Shown piece after piece: positions 51,101 to 61,640 of a stretch of DNA of 64,000 nt. The stretch's first letter is position 1. Every line of letters starts with the position of its first letter. The position numbers and the translations under genes were made by a program. Location of the stretch: IMG/VR virus record IMGVR_UViG_3300042391_000634, positions 186,001 through 250,000 of that record. The stretch is one strand, 5' to 3'. The notes under the pieces are model-generated. The model was given only the letters and a program-made list of their open reading frames with translations. It was not told the DNA's origin and searched no databases.

Positions 51101-51798
51101 CAGCAGGACTACAAGTAAATGCTAACACATCAATTACAGGTTCATTAACAGTAAGTTCAGGTTCAGCAACAATGTTAGGTGGTGACTTATTTGTATCAGG
51201 AAACTTACAAGTATTAGGTTCATCTACAAATGTAAACATTCAATCAAGTACAGTTGCAATCGGTGATAATATTATCTTAGTAAACGCTTACTCACCATTC
51301 CAAAGATACGCAGGTATCAGTGGATATGATTCAGGTTCAGCGGATCAATCAGGTTCATTATTATGGGATTCAACTAATAATGATTGGTTAACAGTTGACG
51401 GTTCTAATAACTCAAGTAAAGTAATTGGAACAACCGCAGGAGCATTAGGAAGTGAAACAAGTTTAACAAGTGGAACATTCCCAATTGCATCTTCTGATAA
51501 CACAATTGGTAATAGTTTATTGACTTATAGTGGAACAACATTACAATTCAATACAGATAAATTCACAGTTGAATCGGTATCAGGAAACACAGTAGTAGCG
51601 GGTACATTAAAAGTATCAACTAACGGTAGTGACTTGGTAAGTAGTACAAGATCAAATGTTACATTCAAAAATGCAAGTGACATATTTGGTGAGGTACCAA
51701 CAACAGATACAAGTGATGTGGTGACTACAATATTAGGTTATAAAACCTCAGATGGTAGTTTAACATTCACAAATACAATAGACGGTGGATCGTTTTAA
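48196..51798 (+). CDS. Gly-X-Y repeat fibre protein 3 (Mtd_N-like start)
   Basis: MAQIIKHRRG...GEL N-terminus, two GXY tracts, a WSFNHNLG module and IDGGSF end. Confidence 0.75.
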   Translation: MAQIIKHRRGSLATLKNTTARNGELIIATGSIGNLQGPFIFIGSPVLADEGVAGAFNTVSKIYQGANAPTIAAGTYGSGLDGTPFYASSEKKLYILNNDNVGNTALNLVGNIEGNTISGVTITNLTGTTATFGSQVNISGSMNITGSFWLNGSEYTSNSSGTSGSSGSSGSSGTAGTSGSSGSSGSSGSSGTAGTSGSSGSSGSSGTAGTSGSSGSSGTAGTSGTSGSDGTSGTSGSSGSSGSNGSSGTSGSSGSSGTSGSSGSSGSNGTDGSSGSSGTSGSSGSSGTSGSSGSSGTAGTSGTSGSSGSSGSSGSSGTSGTAGTSGSSGSDGSSGSSGSAGTSGTSGTSGSSGSSGSDGTSGTSGSSGSSGTAGTSGSSGSSGSSGSNGTDGTSGDSLFALTGSIWSTTNPVRIVGALTSSVVSSSFVGDGAGLYNIPASGVTGLELNKIVSGSVSASILSDGTFRVNGDTYINGIITARQLNIDYVSSSIMYTSGSTKFGDTLDDTHDFTGSLNITGSLKLNGVTVGTGKLDESWFNSYVSSSTSQLAGTSSFAVSSSYAVYAENAVIVSGQTKTLVISSASTTWSFNHNLGYKYPAVNVFDGSDKVVIPTEIHVIDSNNLKVYFNEAQTGTVIATIGGNGSSGTSGSGGTSGSSGSAGTSGSSGSAGTSGTSGSSGSSGSNGTDGSSGSSGSSGTAGTSGTSGSNGSSGSSGSSGSSGTAGTSGSSGSDGTSGTSGSSGTSGSSGSSGTSGSSGSSGTAGTSGSSGSSGSSGTSGSNGTDGSSGSSGTSGSSGSSGTAGTSGTSGSSGSSGSSGSSGTSGSDGTSGTSGSSGSSGTSGSSGSSGTAGTSGSSGSDGSSGSSGTAGTSGSSGTSGTSGSSGSSGSSGTSGSSGSAGTSGSSGDSIFALTGSVWETNLSVKFNQPVTSSVFTGSFIGDGAGLYNIPASGVTGLQLDKIASGAVTASVTAAGLQVNANTSITGSLTVSSGSATMLGGDLFVSGNLQVLGSSTNVNIQSSTVAIGDNIILVNAYSPFQRYAGISGYDSGSADQSGSLLWDSTNNDWLTVDGSNNSSKVIGTTAGALGSETSLTSGTFPIASSDNTIGNSLLTYSGTTLQFNTDKFTVESVSGNTVVAGTLKVSTNGSDLVSSTRSNVTFKNASDIFGEVPTTDTSDVVTTILGYKTSDGSLTFTNTIDGGSF

Positions 51799-51817
51799 AA
51801 AAACGTAATAAAAAATT

Positions 51818-51851
51818 AAAAGGAAGACCTAAAAAATCTTCCTTTTTTTTT
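51818..51851. terminator. Intrinsic terminator
   Basis: AAAAGGAAGA...TCTTCCTTTT followed by a T-run. Confidence 0.75.
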
Positions 51852-51871
51852 ATCTTATTAAGAAATTAAAC

Positions 51872-51879
51872 TATTTATA
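51872..51879 (+). promoter_or_regulatory. TATTTATA putative late promoter
   Basis: Follows the terminator; 7 nt before ATG 51887. Confidence 0.55.
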
Positions 51880-51886
51880 GAGTACT

Positions 51887-52228
51887 ATGGGTATACAATT
51901 TTCAGGAAAACTTAGAATAGTTCCAAATGCGTCAGGACCAACACCAACCCCTACACCGACAGGTGCTCCAACTAGTACGCCAACACCTACACCTATACCA
52001 ACAGATACACCTACACCAACACCGACAGGTGCTCCAACGGATACGCCAACACCTACACCTACTATTACTAATACACCAACGGCAACACCACAACCAACTA
52101 GTACACCAACGGCAACACCACAACCAACTAGTACACCAACCCCAACACCATCCGTACCATCTTGTGATATTACATATAATGTAGTACCATTTGACTTGAC
52201 TTGTGATATAACTTATAATATAATATAA
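51887..52228 (+). CDS. Small PT-linker protein ending in two CDITYN(V/I)(V/I) peptides
   Basis: Short N-terminal peptide, ~75 aa PT tract, duplicated Cys peptide. Confidence 0.6.
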   Translation: MGIQFSGKLRIVPNASGPTPTPTPTGAPTSTPTPTPIPTDTPTPTPTGAPTDTPTPTPTITNTPTATPQPTSTPTATPQPTSTPTPTPSVPSCDITYNVVPFDLTCDITYNII

Positions 52229-52247
52229 AAATAAAGATAGATATAAA

Positions 52248-55200
52248 ATGGCAACAACAGTTCAGATATTAACAACAAATTATAGTGGTCAAACTGCTAC
52301 AATTACATTTTCACCATGTAGTGGAGGAACGATCAATTTAGGTTCACATGTTATTCCTTACAACTATATAAGTGATAATTATCAAGGTGATTATTCGTTA
52401 TATTTTGCCGATTTTAGTCAAACTTGTACATTTAATATTCCATGTGCAACACCAACACCAACACCAACGGTAATTGTTGCAACTGCCACACCAACACCAA
52501 CAGTAACACCAGATCCTACAGCAACACCGACTAGTACACCAGATCCTACAGCAACACCGACTAGTACACCAGATCCTACAGCAACACCGACTAGTACACC
52601 AGATCCTACCGCAACACCGACTAGTACACCAGATCCTACCGCAACACCAACAGTAACACCGGAACCAACAGCAACACCGACTAGTACACCAACAGTAACA
52701 CCGGAACCTACCGCAACACCGACTAGTACACCAACAGTAACACCGGAACCTACCGCAACACCGACTAGTACACCGGAACCAACTTATTACTATTATTATT
52801 TATTGAATTGTGATTTAGTTAATAATGCTTACGGTAGAAGTTTAAATCCATATATACATTTGTCTGGTTTTACATTTAATGTTGATACTAATTTGTGTTA
52901 TACAATTAATGGTCAGGAAACCGATCCATATTATGATTATGATTTAGATAATGCAACTATAGTAACTGATTGTACGGATATTTTATGTCCTACACCAACA
53001 CCAACTCCGACACCAACTGAAACACCAACACCGACACCAATACCTTCATATAGTTACGGAGTACATACAGGTGGGACATATTTAGATCCATATACGGCGT
53101 GTCAAAGTCAAACAGTTGATTCTATATTTTACAGTATAAATCCAACATTAAATGTTGGTGATGTATTATATGCAGATGTGGAATTATCAAGTATATATGT
53201 TACTGAAATTGGAAATTACTTTATAATTGAAGATGAAGAAAATAAATATGTAATAGATACAGACAGCTTAGGATCGATAATTAGCTTAACAAATTGTAAT
53301 ACTATTCAACCAACTCCAACACCAACAGGTGCACCTACAGATACACCAACTCCAACTCCAACACCAACAGGTGCACCAACAGATACACCTACTCCAACAC
53401 CTACCGCAACACCAACAGTAACACCAGATCCAACGGCAACACCTACCGCAACACCAACAGTAACACCAATACCAAGTGCAGCGTTTAATGGTATTGCAAT
53501 TACAGGTAATACTTCCATGTATTGTGCATGTCTAGTAGTTGGAACAGATAGTATTTATTACATAAATTCATCAAGTATTAATGATAATGGAATTTATTTA
53601 TATTCAGATTCAGGATTTACACAAACATTACCAAATGGAGTATTATATAAATTAATATCTACAGATGGTTTTAATACTGAATATATTGTTTCGGTAGATG
53701 AAACAGGTATGATTTCATCTGTTACAAATTGTTTAACAGGTGTAATTCCACCAACAGCATTTAACGGTATTCAATTGAGTGATACAACACCACTTTATGA
53801 TGTTTGTCAATCAGGAACTGGAAATGTATATTACATATTTGGTGGAGAAACAATTGAAATAGGAACGTATCTTTATACAGATGAATGTACAACTTCAAAT
53901 AATTTAGCACCAAATGGTTATTTACATAAATTAGAATCATTAGACAACTTATATACTCAATATATTGTAACGGTAGATGAAACAGGTATGATTACATCTG
54001 TCACAAATTGTGATACCATATTTGAACCAACCCCAACCCCAACAGTAACACCGGAACCAACAGCAACACCGACTAGTACACCAACAGTAACACCGGAACC
54101 TACCGCAACACCGACTAGTACACCAACAGTAACACCAGATCCAACAGCAACACCGACTAGTACACCAACAGTAACACCAGATCCTACAGCAACTCCAACA
54201 CCAACACCAGATCCAACTGCAACTCCAACACCAACACCTGACCCTAATTTCTATTATGAGGCGGATAGATATGAATGTCAGTTAGATGGTTCTTGTAGTT
54301 TTATTGAAACTATTGTTATTGCAAATCAACCTGAATTAGTATTAAATGCAAGATTTAGATTAGACCCAACAACAGGATATATATTTCAGGTAGTTAGTTC
54401 AACAACACCACAAATTGCTACATTAACAAATATGACGGGATTAGGGGTAACAAGTTGTAGTACTTTATGTTCGCAACCACCGACACCAACACCTACTCCA
54501 GAACCAACTAGTACCCCAACTGCAACACCTGATCCAACAGCAACACCGACACCAACACCAAATCCAACAGCAACGCCTGATCCAACAGCAACACCGACAC
54601 CAACACCTAATCCTACCGCAACACCAACGTCAACACCAAATCCAACTGCAACACCAACACCGACACCAAATCCAACAGCAACACCAACACAAACTCCTGA
54701 CCCTAATTACTATTTCTTAGCAGAGGAATATGAATGTTTAGGAAATGGTAATTGCCAATATGTAAGTGATTTATATATAAGTAACCCTGTAGATTTAACT
54801 ATCGCACCAACACAACGATATAGATTAGATCCAACATCAGGATTAATTTTAAGAGTAATGACAGCGGTAGCACCACAAGTTGCGTTAATTACAAATATGA
54901 GTGGTAGCGGTCAAATAAATTGTAATGCATTTTGTGCTCAACCACCAACAGCAACCCCTACACCAAATCCTACTGCAACACCTGATCCAACAGCAACACC
55001 GACAGTAACACCAAATCCAACTGCAACACCGACACCAACACCAAATCCTACTGCAACACCTGATCCAACAGCAACACCGACAGTAACACCAAATCCAACT
55101 GCAACACCGACACCAACACCAAATCCTACTGCAACACCTGATCCAACAGCAACACCGACAGTAACACCAAATCCAACTGCAACACCGACACCAACACCAA

Positions 55201-55568
55201 ATCCAACAGCAACGCCTGATCCAACACCAACACCAACACCTATACCTAGTGCCGAAACTGAAGTCACAGGTAGTAATGGATTTTATGGTGGTACAATAAC
55301 AAGTGTTATAATTGGAGGTTTATCACTTACAACAAATGATGTGTTTCCAAGAAGTCCTGGAGATGGATTTGGTGGAACAGTTCCATTAACAGGTTCACAA
55401 TTGGTCGTTGTACATATAGCCGATGTTGCTCCTGATGGATGTTTAACAGTATCTACCGCATTTAACGGACCACAAAGTATTGCGGCTTCAGGTGGACAAA
55501 CATTCTCACAAGTAATGGACATCACAGGTGGTGTATTCATAAATGGAACTGATGGTCAATGTGCGTAA
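52248..55568 (+). CDS. Large PT-repeat protein with Cys-bounded modules
   Basis: PTATP linkers separate modules, including two AFNGI...[12 protein letters not shown] copies and two YxAxxYEC...RLDPT copies. Confidence 0.65.
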   Translation: MATTVQILTTNYSGQTATITFSPCSGGTINLGSHVIPYNYISDNYQGDYSLYFADFSQTCTFNIPCATPTPTPTVIVATATPTPTVTPDPTATPTSTPDPTATPTSTPDPTATPTSTPDPTATPTSTPDPTATPTVTPEPTATPTSTPTVTPEPTATPTSTPTVTPEPTATPTSTPEPTYYYYYLLNCDLVNNAYGRSLNPYIHLSGFTFNVDTNLCYTINGQETDPYYDYDLDNATIVTDCTDILCPTPTPTPTPTETPTPTPIPSYSYGVHTGGTYLDPYTACQSQTVDSIFYSINPTLNVGDVLYADVELSSIYVTEIGNYFIIEDEENKYVIDTDSLGSIISLTNCNTIQPTPTPTGAPTDTPTPTPTPTGAPTDTPTPTPTATPTVTPDPTATPTATPTVTPIPSAAFNGIAITGNTSMYCACLVVGTDSIYYINSSSINDNGIYLYSDSGFTQTLPNGVLYKLISTDGFNTEYIVSVDETGMISSVTNCLTGVIPPTAFNGIQLSDTTPLYDVCQSGTGNVYYIFGGETIEIGTYLYTDECTTSNNLAPNGYLHKLESLDNLYTQYIVTVDETGMITSVTNCDTIFEPTPTPTVTPEPTATPTSTPTVTPEPTATPTSTPTVTPDPTATPTSTPTVTPDPTATPTPTPDPTATPTPTPDPNFYYEADRYECQLDGSCSFIETIVIANQPELVLNARFRLDPTTGYIFQVVSSTTPQIATLTNMTGLGVTSCSTLCSQPPTPTPTPEPTSTPTATPDPTATPTPTPNPTATPDPTATPTPTPNPTATPTSTPNPTATPTPTPNPTATPTQTPDPNYYFLAEEYECLGNGNCQYVSDLYISNPVDLTIAPTQRYRLDPTSGLILRVMTAVAPQVALITNMSGSGQINCNAFCAQPPTATPTPNPTATPDPTATPTVTPNPTATPTPTPNPTATPDPTATPTVTPNPTATPTPTPNPTATPDPTATPTVTPNPTATPTPTPNPTATPDPTPTPTPIPSAETEVTGSNGFYGGTITSVIIGGLSLTTNDVFPRSPGDGFGGTVPLTGSQLVVVHIADVAPDGCLTVSTAFNGPQSIAASGGQTFSQVMDITGGVFINGTDGQCA

Positions 55569-55587
55569 AACAACAAATAAAAATAAT

Positions 55588-55618
55588 AAAAGGAGAACAT
55601 AAAAAGTTCTCCTTTTTT
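55588..55618. terminator. Intrinsic terminator
   Basis: AAAAGGAGAAC...GTTCTCCTTTT followed by T residues. Confidence 0.75.
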
Positions 55619-55698
55619 GTTTATTAAAAGTATTTATCATAAGACCTACATAGGTCGTTAACCGTGATATATATCACAAGGATTTAGAACACATATAT

Positions 55699-58600
55699 AT
55701 GAGTCAAATAGTAAAACTACGTAGAAGTGCGGTCGCTGGTAAAAAACCAACAAATGCACAATTAGAATTAGGAGAATTATCCATCAACACAACCGATGGT
55801 AAATTATACTTCGCCAAATCAGGGTCAGCATCTACCTCAATTGAGGAAATAGTTACTACAAATGCTCAGAACACAGGTTCATTAAATCTTAGTGGTAGTT
55901 TCAATTTAATTGGAACAAACAACGTCACAGGTTCAACAAAAATTACAGGTTCATTAAGTGTTACAGGTAACACATCTTTTACATCTTTAGTTATATCAGG
56001 TGCTGATGCAACTGCAAACGTATCGGCTTTCGTTCCATCAAGTTCAGTTTATAATGATGCGGGTTTAAATACACCAAACAGGGTTGCTGCAGGTGTTCGT
56101 TTTAATTGGGGTAGTGAGAATTGGACTATCGGTGCTGCAAGAGGTGCAACAACTGATATTGATGGTTTAATATTCAGTAGAAATGGTAACAGACAAATGT
56201 TACTTGATGAAAACAATAATTTAATTTTATCAGGTTCAATTAATTTAACAGGTTCATTTAACATAAATGGAACCGAATATACATCCACAACATCGGGAAC
56301 GAGTGGTACAAGTGGGTCTTCAGGATCTAACGGGTCTTCAGGCACATCAGGAACTAGCGGTAGTAGTGGTTCATCTGGAACATCAGGTAGTTCAGGTTCT
56401 AATGGATCATCAGGTAGTTCAGGTACTAGTGGGTCTACTGGCACTTCAGGAACATCAGGGTCAAGCGGTAGTAATGGATCATCAGGTACATCAGGATCTA
56501 GTGGTTCTACAGGAACTAGTGGATCATCAGGTACATCAGGATCTAGTGGTTCTACAGGAACTAGTGGTTCTTCAGGATCAACAGGAACAAGTGGAACATC
56601 AGGTTCTAGTGGTAGTAACGGTTCTTCAGGTACATCGGGTTCTAGTGGTTCTTCAGGTACGTCAGGTTCAAATGGTTCATCAGGTAGCAGTGGAACATCA
56701 GGATCTAGCGGTAGTAATGGTTCTTCAGGAACATCAGGTAGTAATGGATCAAGTGGAACATCAGGGTCTAGTGGATCCACAGGAACTTCAGGTTCATCAG
56801 GAACTAGTGGAAGTAACGGATCATCAGGTACGTCAGGATCTAGCGGTTCTTCAGGAACAGCAGGTTCTTCAGGAACAGCAGGGTCAAGTGGTACAACAGG
56901 AACAAGTGGTTCATCAGGATCATCAGGAGATAGTTTATTTGCTTTAACAGGTTCAGTTTGGGAAACCACAAATAATGCTAAAGTAAATGGTGATTTAACA
57001 ATTACAGGAACACTTACGGCAAAAGAAATTCACACGGCATTAGTTACATCTTCAGTATTATTTGAATCAGGATCTACGGCATTTGGTAATACGTTAGATG
57101 ATAATCATAATTTTACCGGATCTGTAAAGATTACTGGATCATTATACGTTAATGGTGCAGTTGTTGGAACAGGTAAGTTAGATGAGTCATGGTTTAATTC
57201 ATACGTATCAAGTTCAACAACAACAATTGCAAGTTCATCATACGCATTAACGGCATCACATGCTTTAAACGCCGTTGTATTAAACGGACAAACAAAAACA
57301 CAAAACGTTAGTGTTGCAGCAGCCACATGGTCATTTAATCACCAAATGGGTGTTAGATATCCATCAGTTCAAGTATTTGATAATGACGGACGTATTGTAA
57401 TCCCAAGTGAAATAATTTCAACAGACACAAATAATATAAGTGTATATTTCCCATTTGCACAAGAGGGAACAATAAGTGTAACAGTTGGTGGAGCGGGAAC
57501 TGCGGGTACATCAGGTACGAGTGGTTCATCAGGAAATAGTGGTTCTTCAGGAACTAGTGGTATTAATGGTTCTTCAGGAACTAGTGGTATTAACGGTTCT
57601 TCAGGAACAAGTGGAGGTTCGGGTTCATCAGGATCAAATGGTACATCAGGAACAAGTGGTAGAGATGGTATTGGTGGAGCAACACAAACATTCGCATCAT
57701 TAGCAACATGGTCGGTATTTCACAATTTAGGTATTGATTTCCCTGTTGTTACGGTTTGGGACGATAGTAGAAGTATAATCATACCAAGTAAAATAGAATC
57801 TGTTGATAATAATAATCTTAATGTTTATTTCCCACTTGCAGTTTCAGGTAGTGTGAATGTTGTTAGAGGCGGACATATGGTAAGTGGGGCGGTGGATTTA
57901 TCTTCAGCTCTATTAAGTAGTAATATAGTAAGTTCAAGTATTCAAGGTTCAAATTTAGGATTTGCAACAACAGGTTCAAATACGTTTAAAGGAACACAAA
58001 CATTCAGTGGGTCAATTGTACCTGTGGGTAGTGGTTCTTTTGATTTAGGTAGTGAGTCAAATCCATTTAGACACTTATACTTATCAAGTGCGTCTTTATA
58101 CATCGACGGACAAAAAGTTTTAGGTAGTACAAACCAAGAATTACAGATTACAACCGACAACGGTCAATCAATTAAAATTTTAGAACAAGGTACAGATACA
58201 ATCACATTTCAAACTGTGGATGGAGATATTCAATTAAAGTCATCGGGTGGAGGTAATATATTAATTGATCCAACAACGGGTTCGGTTGATGTTAGAGGAA
58301 ATATTATAGTTCAAGATGGATTTAAAATATTAAGTTCAGGTGGTAACAGTGTTGTTTTCGCTGATGACATTATTGTATCGGGTTCAGCTAATTTCACAAA
58401 CGGAATTACAGTTAACGGTACAACATTTAGTTCAATGACATCGGGAACAAGTGGAACATCGGGATCTAACGGATCAAGTGGTACATCTGGTACGAGTGGT
58501 TCAAGTGGATCTTCAGGTACGTCAGGTTCTAGTGGATCTTCAGGAACAAGCGGATCTAGTGGATCGTCTGGAACAAGTGGTACATCAGGTAGTTCAGGAT

Positions 58601-59424
58601 CTAGTGGAACTAGTGGTTCATCGGGAACTAGTGGAGATTCAATATTTGCACAAACAGGGTCTATTTGGTCGGCAACAAAAAATGTTGAGATTACAGGTTC
58701 TTTTAAAGTTAAGGGAGCAATTACGGCTGACGAACTTTATATGACATATGTAACATCATCTGTCATGTATTCGTCAGGATCAACAAAGTTTGGAGATACT
58801 TTAGATGACACACATCAAGTTACGGGTAGTTTAAGTATAACTGGTTCATTATCAATAAACGGAACATCATATACTGCAGCAACATCAGGTACTAGTGGAT
58901 CTTCAGGAACATCAGGTTCAAATGGTTCTTCAGGGTCTAGTGGTACATCAGGTTCTAGTGGATCTAACGGATCTTCAGGTTCTAGTGGAACATCGGGTAG
59001 TTCAGGGTCTTCAGGAACGTCAGGTTCTTCAGGTTCTAACGGTAGTTCAGGTTCTTCAGGTTCTAATGGTTCATCAGGTTCTAGTGGTACAACAACAATT
59101 ACAAATGCGGTTGATAATAGAATAATGACAAGTGCCGGTGGTGTTACATTAAATGCTGAAGCTAATTTAACATTTGACGGTTCAACATTAACGGTAGCAG
59201 GTAACGTGTTACCTGAAGCAAATGGAACAAGAGATTTAGGTTCGGCAACATATCGTTGGAGTACAGTTTATACATCGGATTTATCGTTGAATAACGGAAT
59301 TGGTGATTGGACAATAGTGGAAGGTGAAGATGATTTATTCTTATATAACAATAAGAAGGGTAAAGTATATAAGTTTGCTTTAACTGAAGTTGACCCTAAT
59401 GTTGCCACTCCTAAAAAATCATAA
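55699..59424 (+). CDS. Gly-X-Y repeat tail fibre protein 4
   Basis: N-terminal KLRRS...P...LELGELSINTTDGKLYF (Mtd_N-like), GXY tracts, and C-terminal DLGS..RW..VYTSDL...WTIVEGEDDLFL..NK.GK.YKF typical of myophage fibre ends. Confidence 0.8.
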   Translation: MSQIVKLRRSAVAGKKPTNAQLELGELSINTTDGKLYFAKSGSASTSIEEIVTTNAQNTGSLNLSGSFNLIGTNNVTGSTKITGSLSVTGNTSFTSLVISGADATANVSAFVPSSSVYNDAGLNTPNRVAAGVRFNWGSENWTIGAARGATTDIDGLIFSRNGNRQMLLDENNNLILSGSINLTGSFNINGTEYTSTTSGTSGTSGSSGSNGSSGTSGTSGSSGSSGTSGSSGSNGSSGSSGTSGSTGTSGTSGSSGSNGSSGTSGSSGSTGTSGSSGTSGSSGSTGTSGSSGSTGTSGTSGSSGSNGSSGTSGSSGSSGTSGSNGSSGSSGTSGSSGSNGSSGTSGSNGSSGTSGSSGSTGTSGSSGTSGSNGSSGTSGSSGSSGTAGSSGTAGSSGTTGTSGSSGSSGDSLFALTGSVWETTNNAKVNGDLTITGTLTAKEIHTALVTSSVLFESGSTAFGNTLDDNHNFTGSVKITGSLYVNGAVVGTGKLDESWFNSYVSSSTTTIASSSYALTASHALNAVVLNGQTKTQNVSVAAATWSFNHQMGVRYPSVQVFDNDGRIVIPSEIISTDTNNISVYFPFAQEGTISVTVGGAGTAGTSGTSGSSGNSGSSGTSGINGSSGTSGINGSSGTSGGSGSSGSNGTSGTSGRDGIGGATQTFASLATWSVFHNLGIDFPVVTVWDDSRSIIIPSKIESVDNNNLNVYFPLAVSGSVNVVRGGHMVSGAVDLSSALLSSNIVSSSIQGSNLGFATTGSNTFKGTQTFSGSIVPVGSGSFDLGSESNPFRHLYLSSASLYIDGQKVLGSTNQELQITTDNGQSIKILEQGTDTITFQTVDGDIQLKSSGGGNILIDPTTGSVDVRGNIIVQDGFKILSSGGNSVVFADDIIVSGSANFTNGITVNGTTFSSMTSGTSGTSGSNGSSGTSGTSGSSGSSGTSGSSGSSGTSGSSGSSGTSGTSGSSGSSGTSGSSGTSGDSIFAQTGSIWSATKNVEITGSFKVKGAITADELYMTYVTSSVMYSSGSTKFGDTLDDTHQVTGSLSITGSLSINGTSYTAATSGTSGSSGTSGSNGSSGSSGTSGSSGSNGSSGSSGTSGSSGSSGTSGSSGSNGSSGSSGSNGSSGSSGTTTITNAVDNRIMTSAGGVTLNAEANLTFDGSTLTVAGNVLPEANGTRDLGSATYRWSTVYTSDLSLNNGIGDWTIVEGEDDLFLYNNKKGKVYKFALTEVDPNVATPKKS

Positions 59425-59427
59425 GAG

Positions 59428-60165
59428 ATGCCATTAAATATAAGTGGTACAACAATAGATAGTAATTTAAGTAAAGTTGTACGTACCAAAAGTATTGTAG
59501 GTTCAAATTTAGTTGTCCATTTAGAAACCGAACACCCAAGTTCATATCCGGGTACTGGAGATTATTGGTATAACATTGGGACAAATGGAGGTTCAATTTC
59601 CAAAGGAACTTATTTACCATCTTATACCACATTAGGTGGGGTTATTTGTTTTAATTTTAATCAAACAGGTGCATTTTTTGAAAACACTTCATTTTTTACA
59701 ACAGCATTTCCAGCGGGAGGTACTAATTTAACTATTGATGTTTGGATTTATCCTGCAGCATCAGAATTAACTGTTGGTGATAGAGGAAATATAGTTAGAG
59801 CAACAAATGGAAATGCTTGGTATATGAGTTGGAATAAAGATAATAGTAAGTTGTCAAATTATTGGTATGGTAAAACAAATGAAGGATATCACGAATCAAC
59901 CGCAGCAATGACAAGAGGAACTTGGAATAATTTAGTTTCAGTATGGTCATCATCTGGATTATCACAATATCTAAATAACACAAAAACAACTGCCGTTACA
60001 AGTGGAACAGCAGCTAATACAACTAATGGTATTACCATTGGATATGAAGGAGATGGAAGACAATTCTCAGGAGGTATTGCAAGTATAAGAATGTATAATA
60101 GAGCATTGAGTGATAATGAAGTAACACAAAACTATAACGCGCAAAAACAAAGATACGGAAGATAA
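59428..60165 (+). CDS. LamG/concanavalin A-like lectin domain protein
   Basis: LVVHLE..SYPGTG, TIDVWIYP, IG...FSGGIASIRMYNRALS..EV.QNYN..K.RYG. Confidence 0.8.
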   Translation: MPLNISGTTIDSNLSKVVRTKSIVGSNLVVHLETEHPSSYPGTGDYWYNIGTNGGSISKGTYLPSYTTLGGVICFNFNQTGAFFENTSFFTTAFPAGGTNLTIDVWIYPAASELTVGDRGNIVRATNGNAWYMSWNKDNSKLSNYWYGKTNEGYHESTAAMTRGTWNNLVSVWSSSGLSQYLNNTKTTAVTSGTAANTTNGITIGYEGDGRQFSGGIASIRMYNRALSDNEVTQNYNAQKQRYGR

Positions 60166-60166
60166 T

Positions 60167-60913
60167 ATGCCAATAAATGTAAACGGAACTGAGATTAATA
60201 GTACAATAGTGAGGACATTAAGTTATAAGGATATACCAACCGATAACTTACTAATTCATTTAGATGCGTCTGCAAATGATTCGTATCCTGGTTCAGGTGC
60301 AATTTGGTATGATATTACTGGAAATGGATACGATGCAACATTAAATAATTCTATTGGTTACACATCAAATGGAGGCGGGATGATGACGTTCAATGGTTCA
60401 AATCAAACCGCAGTAATAAATGTTAATAGTTTTGCTAGAAATAATGTTGCATATACATTTAGTACGTTTTTTTATTTAACAACATCGGACGGTGCAGCAC
60501 CATTTTGTATGATGACAACTCCAAATGACACTAATAATAATGATGGATTTTGGCAACATTTAAATTTAGGAAATTGGCTTTGGAGAACAGAAGATAGTTC
60601 GGGTGAATTTGGTGGTAATGCTGAATCACCATCTACATTTGTTGGAGGTAATTATTATCATATTGTTGTTGTCGTTAAAACAAATCAATTACTTTTTTAC
60701 AGAAATGGAACATTACTCAGTACGATATCAACAACCTTTAGTTGGGCAAATGTGAGAAATGATAATACAATGTATTTGTTTATAGGTAAAGGTTATGAAG
60801 ATGCATATTACTTAAGTGGAAATATTGGAAATTTTCAATTATATAATAAACAATTATCAGCAACGGAAATATCATCAATATATAACACACAAAAATCAAG
60901 ATTCGGATTATAA
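60167..60913 (+). CDS. LamG/concanavalin A-like lectin domain protein
   Basis: LLIHLDA..SYPGSG..WYD, YRNG, GNIGNFQLYNKQLS, KSRFGL. Confidence 0.8.
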   Translation: MPINVNGTEINSTIVRTLSYKDIPTDNLLIHLDASANDSYPGSGAIWYDITGNGYDATLNNSIGYTSNGGGMMTFNGSNQTAVINVNSFARNNVAYTFSTFFYLTTSDGAAPFCMMTTPNDTNNNDGFWQHLNLGNWLWRTEDSSGEFGGNAESPSTFVGGNYYHIVVVVKTNQLLFYRNGTLLSTISTTFSWANVRNDNTMYLFIGKGYEDAYYLSGNIGNFQLYNKQLSATEISSIYNTQKSRFGL

Positions 60914-60925
60914 AAATTATAAATT

Positions 60926-61627
60926 ATGCCATTCAATGTAGGAGGTTACATATATAACGGACAAATGGGATTTAATCAAAGATTTAAATCCGTAATTACA
61001 AATGGTTTAATACTTCAATTAGATGCGTCATCACCCACATCTTATAATGGTAGTGGTTCAACATGGACTGATTTATCAGGACAAGGAGTAAACGGAACAA
61101 TTAATGGAGTATCATGGGTATCAGATGGATTAAAAAGTTATTTTAATTTCCCAACAGTAAGTGACAATAACTACATATCTACAGCAACAAGTCAAACATA
61201 TTTAGATTTTACTTTTGTATTTCAACCTGACTTCACGGCGAGTGGTTTAGTTGGACTTATTGGTAGTAGTGCACCCGGTACTGCCGCCGATAAAAGTTTA
61301 AGATTTAGTTCCGATGGTACAAATCCATGGACCGTTACAGGTAGAAATCCAGGAGATGTAAATGATTGGGCATATTCCGCCGGAACAACATATTACGTTA
61401 ATGGAGTAGCATCAAATACATTAGTTTCAGGTTGGAATATTTTTGGTGGATATAAAACAAATCAAAATACATTTCCAGCATCTTTCAGTGCGTTTTTAGG
61501 TTCTTCAGCATACCCATCAAGAGGATTTAAAGGAAAATTGGCGGTGGCGTTGATGTATAATAGACAACTAAGTGCAGTCGAACAAGCTTATAATTATACA
61601 GTACTAAAACAAAGGTTTGGTTTATAA
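60926..61627 (+). CDS. LamG/concanavalin A-like lectin domain protein
   Basis: GLILQLDA..SY.GSGSTWTDLSG, FKGK..MYNRQLS, KQRFGL. Confidence 0.75.
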   Translation: MPFNVGGYIYNGQMGFNQRFKSVITNGLILQLDASSPTSYNGSGSTWTDLSGQGVNGTINGVSWVSDGLKSYFNFPTVSDNNYISTATSQTYLDFTFVFQPDFTASGLVGLIGSSAPGTAADKSLRFSSDGTNPWTVTGRNPGDVNDWAYSAGTTYYVNGVASNTLVSGWNIFGGYKTNQNTFPASFSAFLGSSAYPSRGFKGKLAVALMYNRQLSAVEQAYNYTVLKQRFGL

Positions 61628-61640
61628 ACTATTTATTTTT

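Noticed and set aside
40531-59125. Long alternative-frame ORFs (PEEP/PDVP on the - strand; VLQVHQ on the + strand) over the fibre genes
   Set aside because: These are shadows of the GGT/TCA/ACA codon repeats, which lack stops in other frames; they start and end with the repeat tracts.
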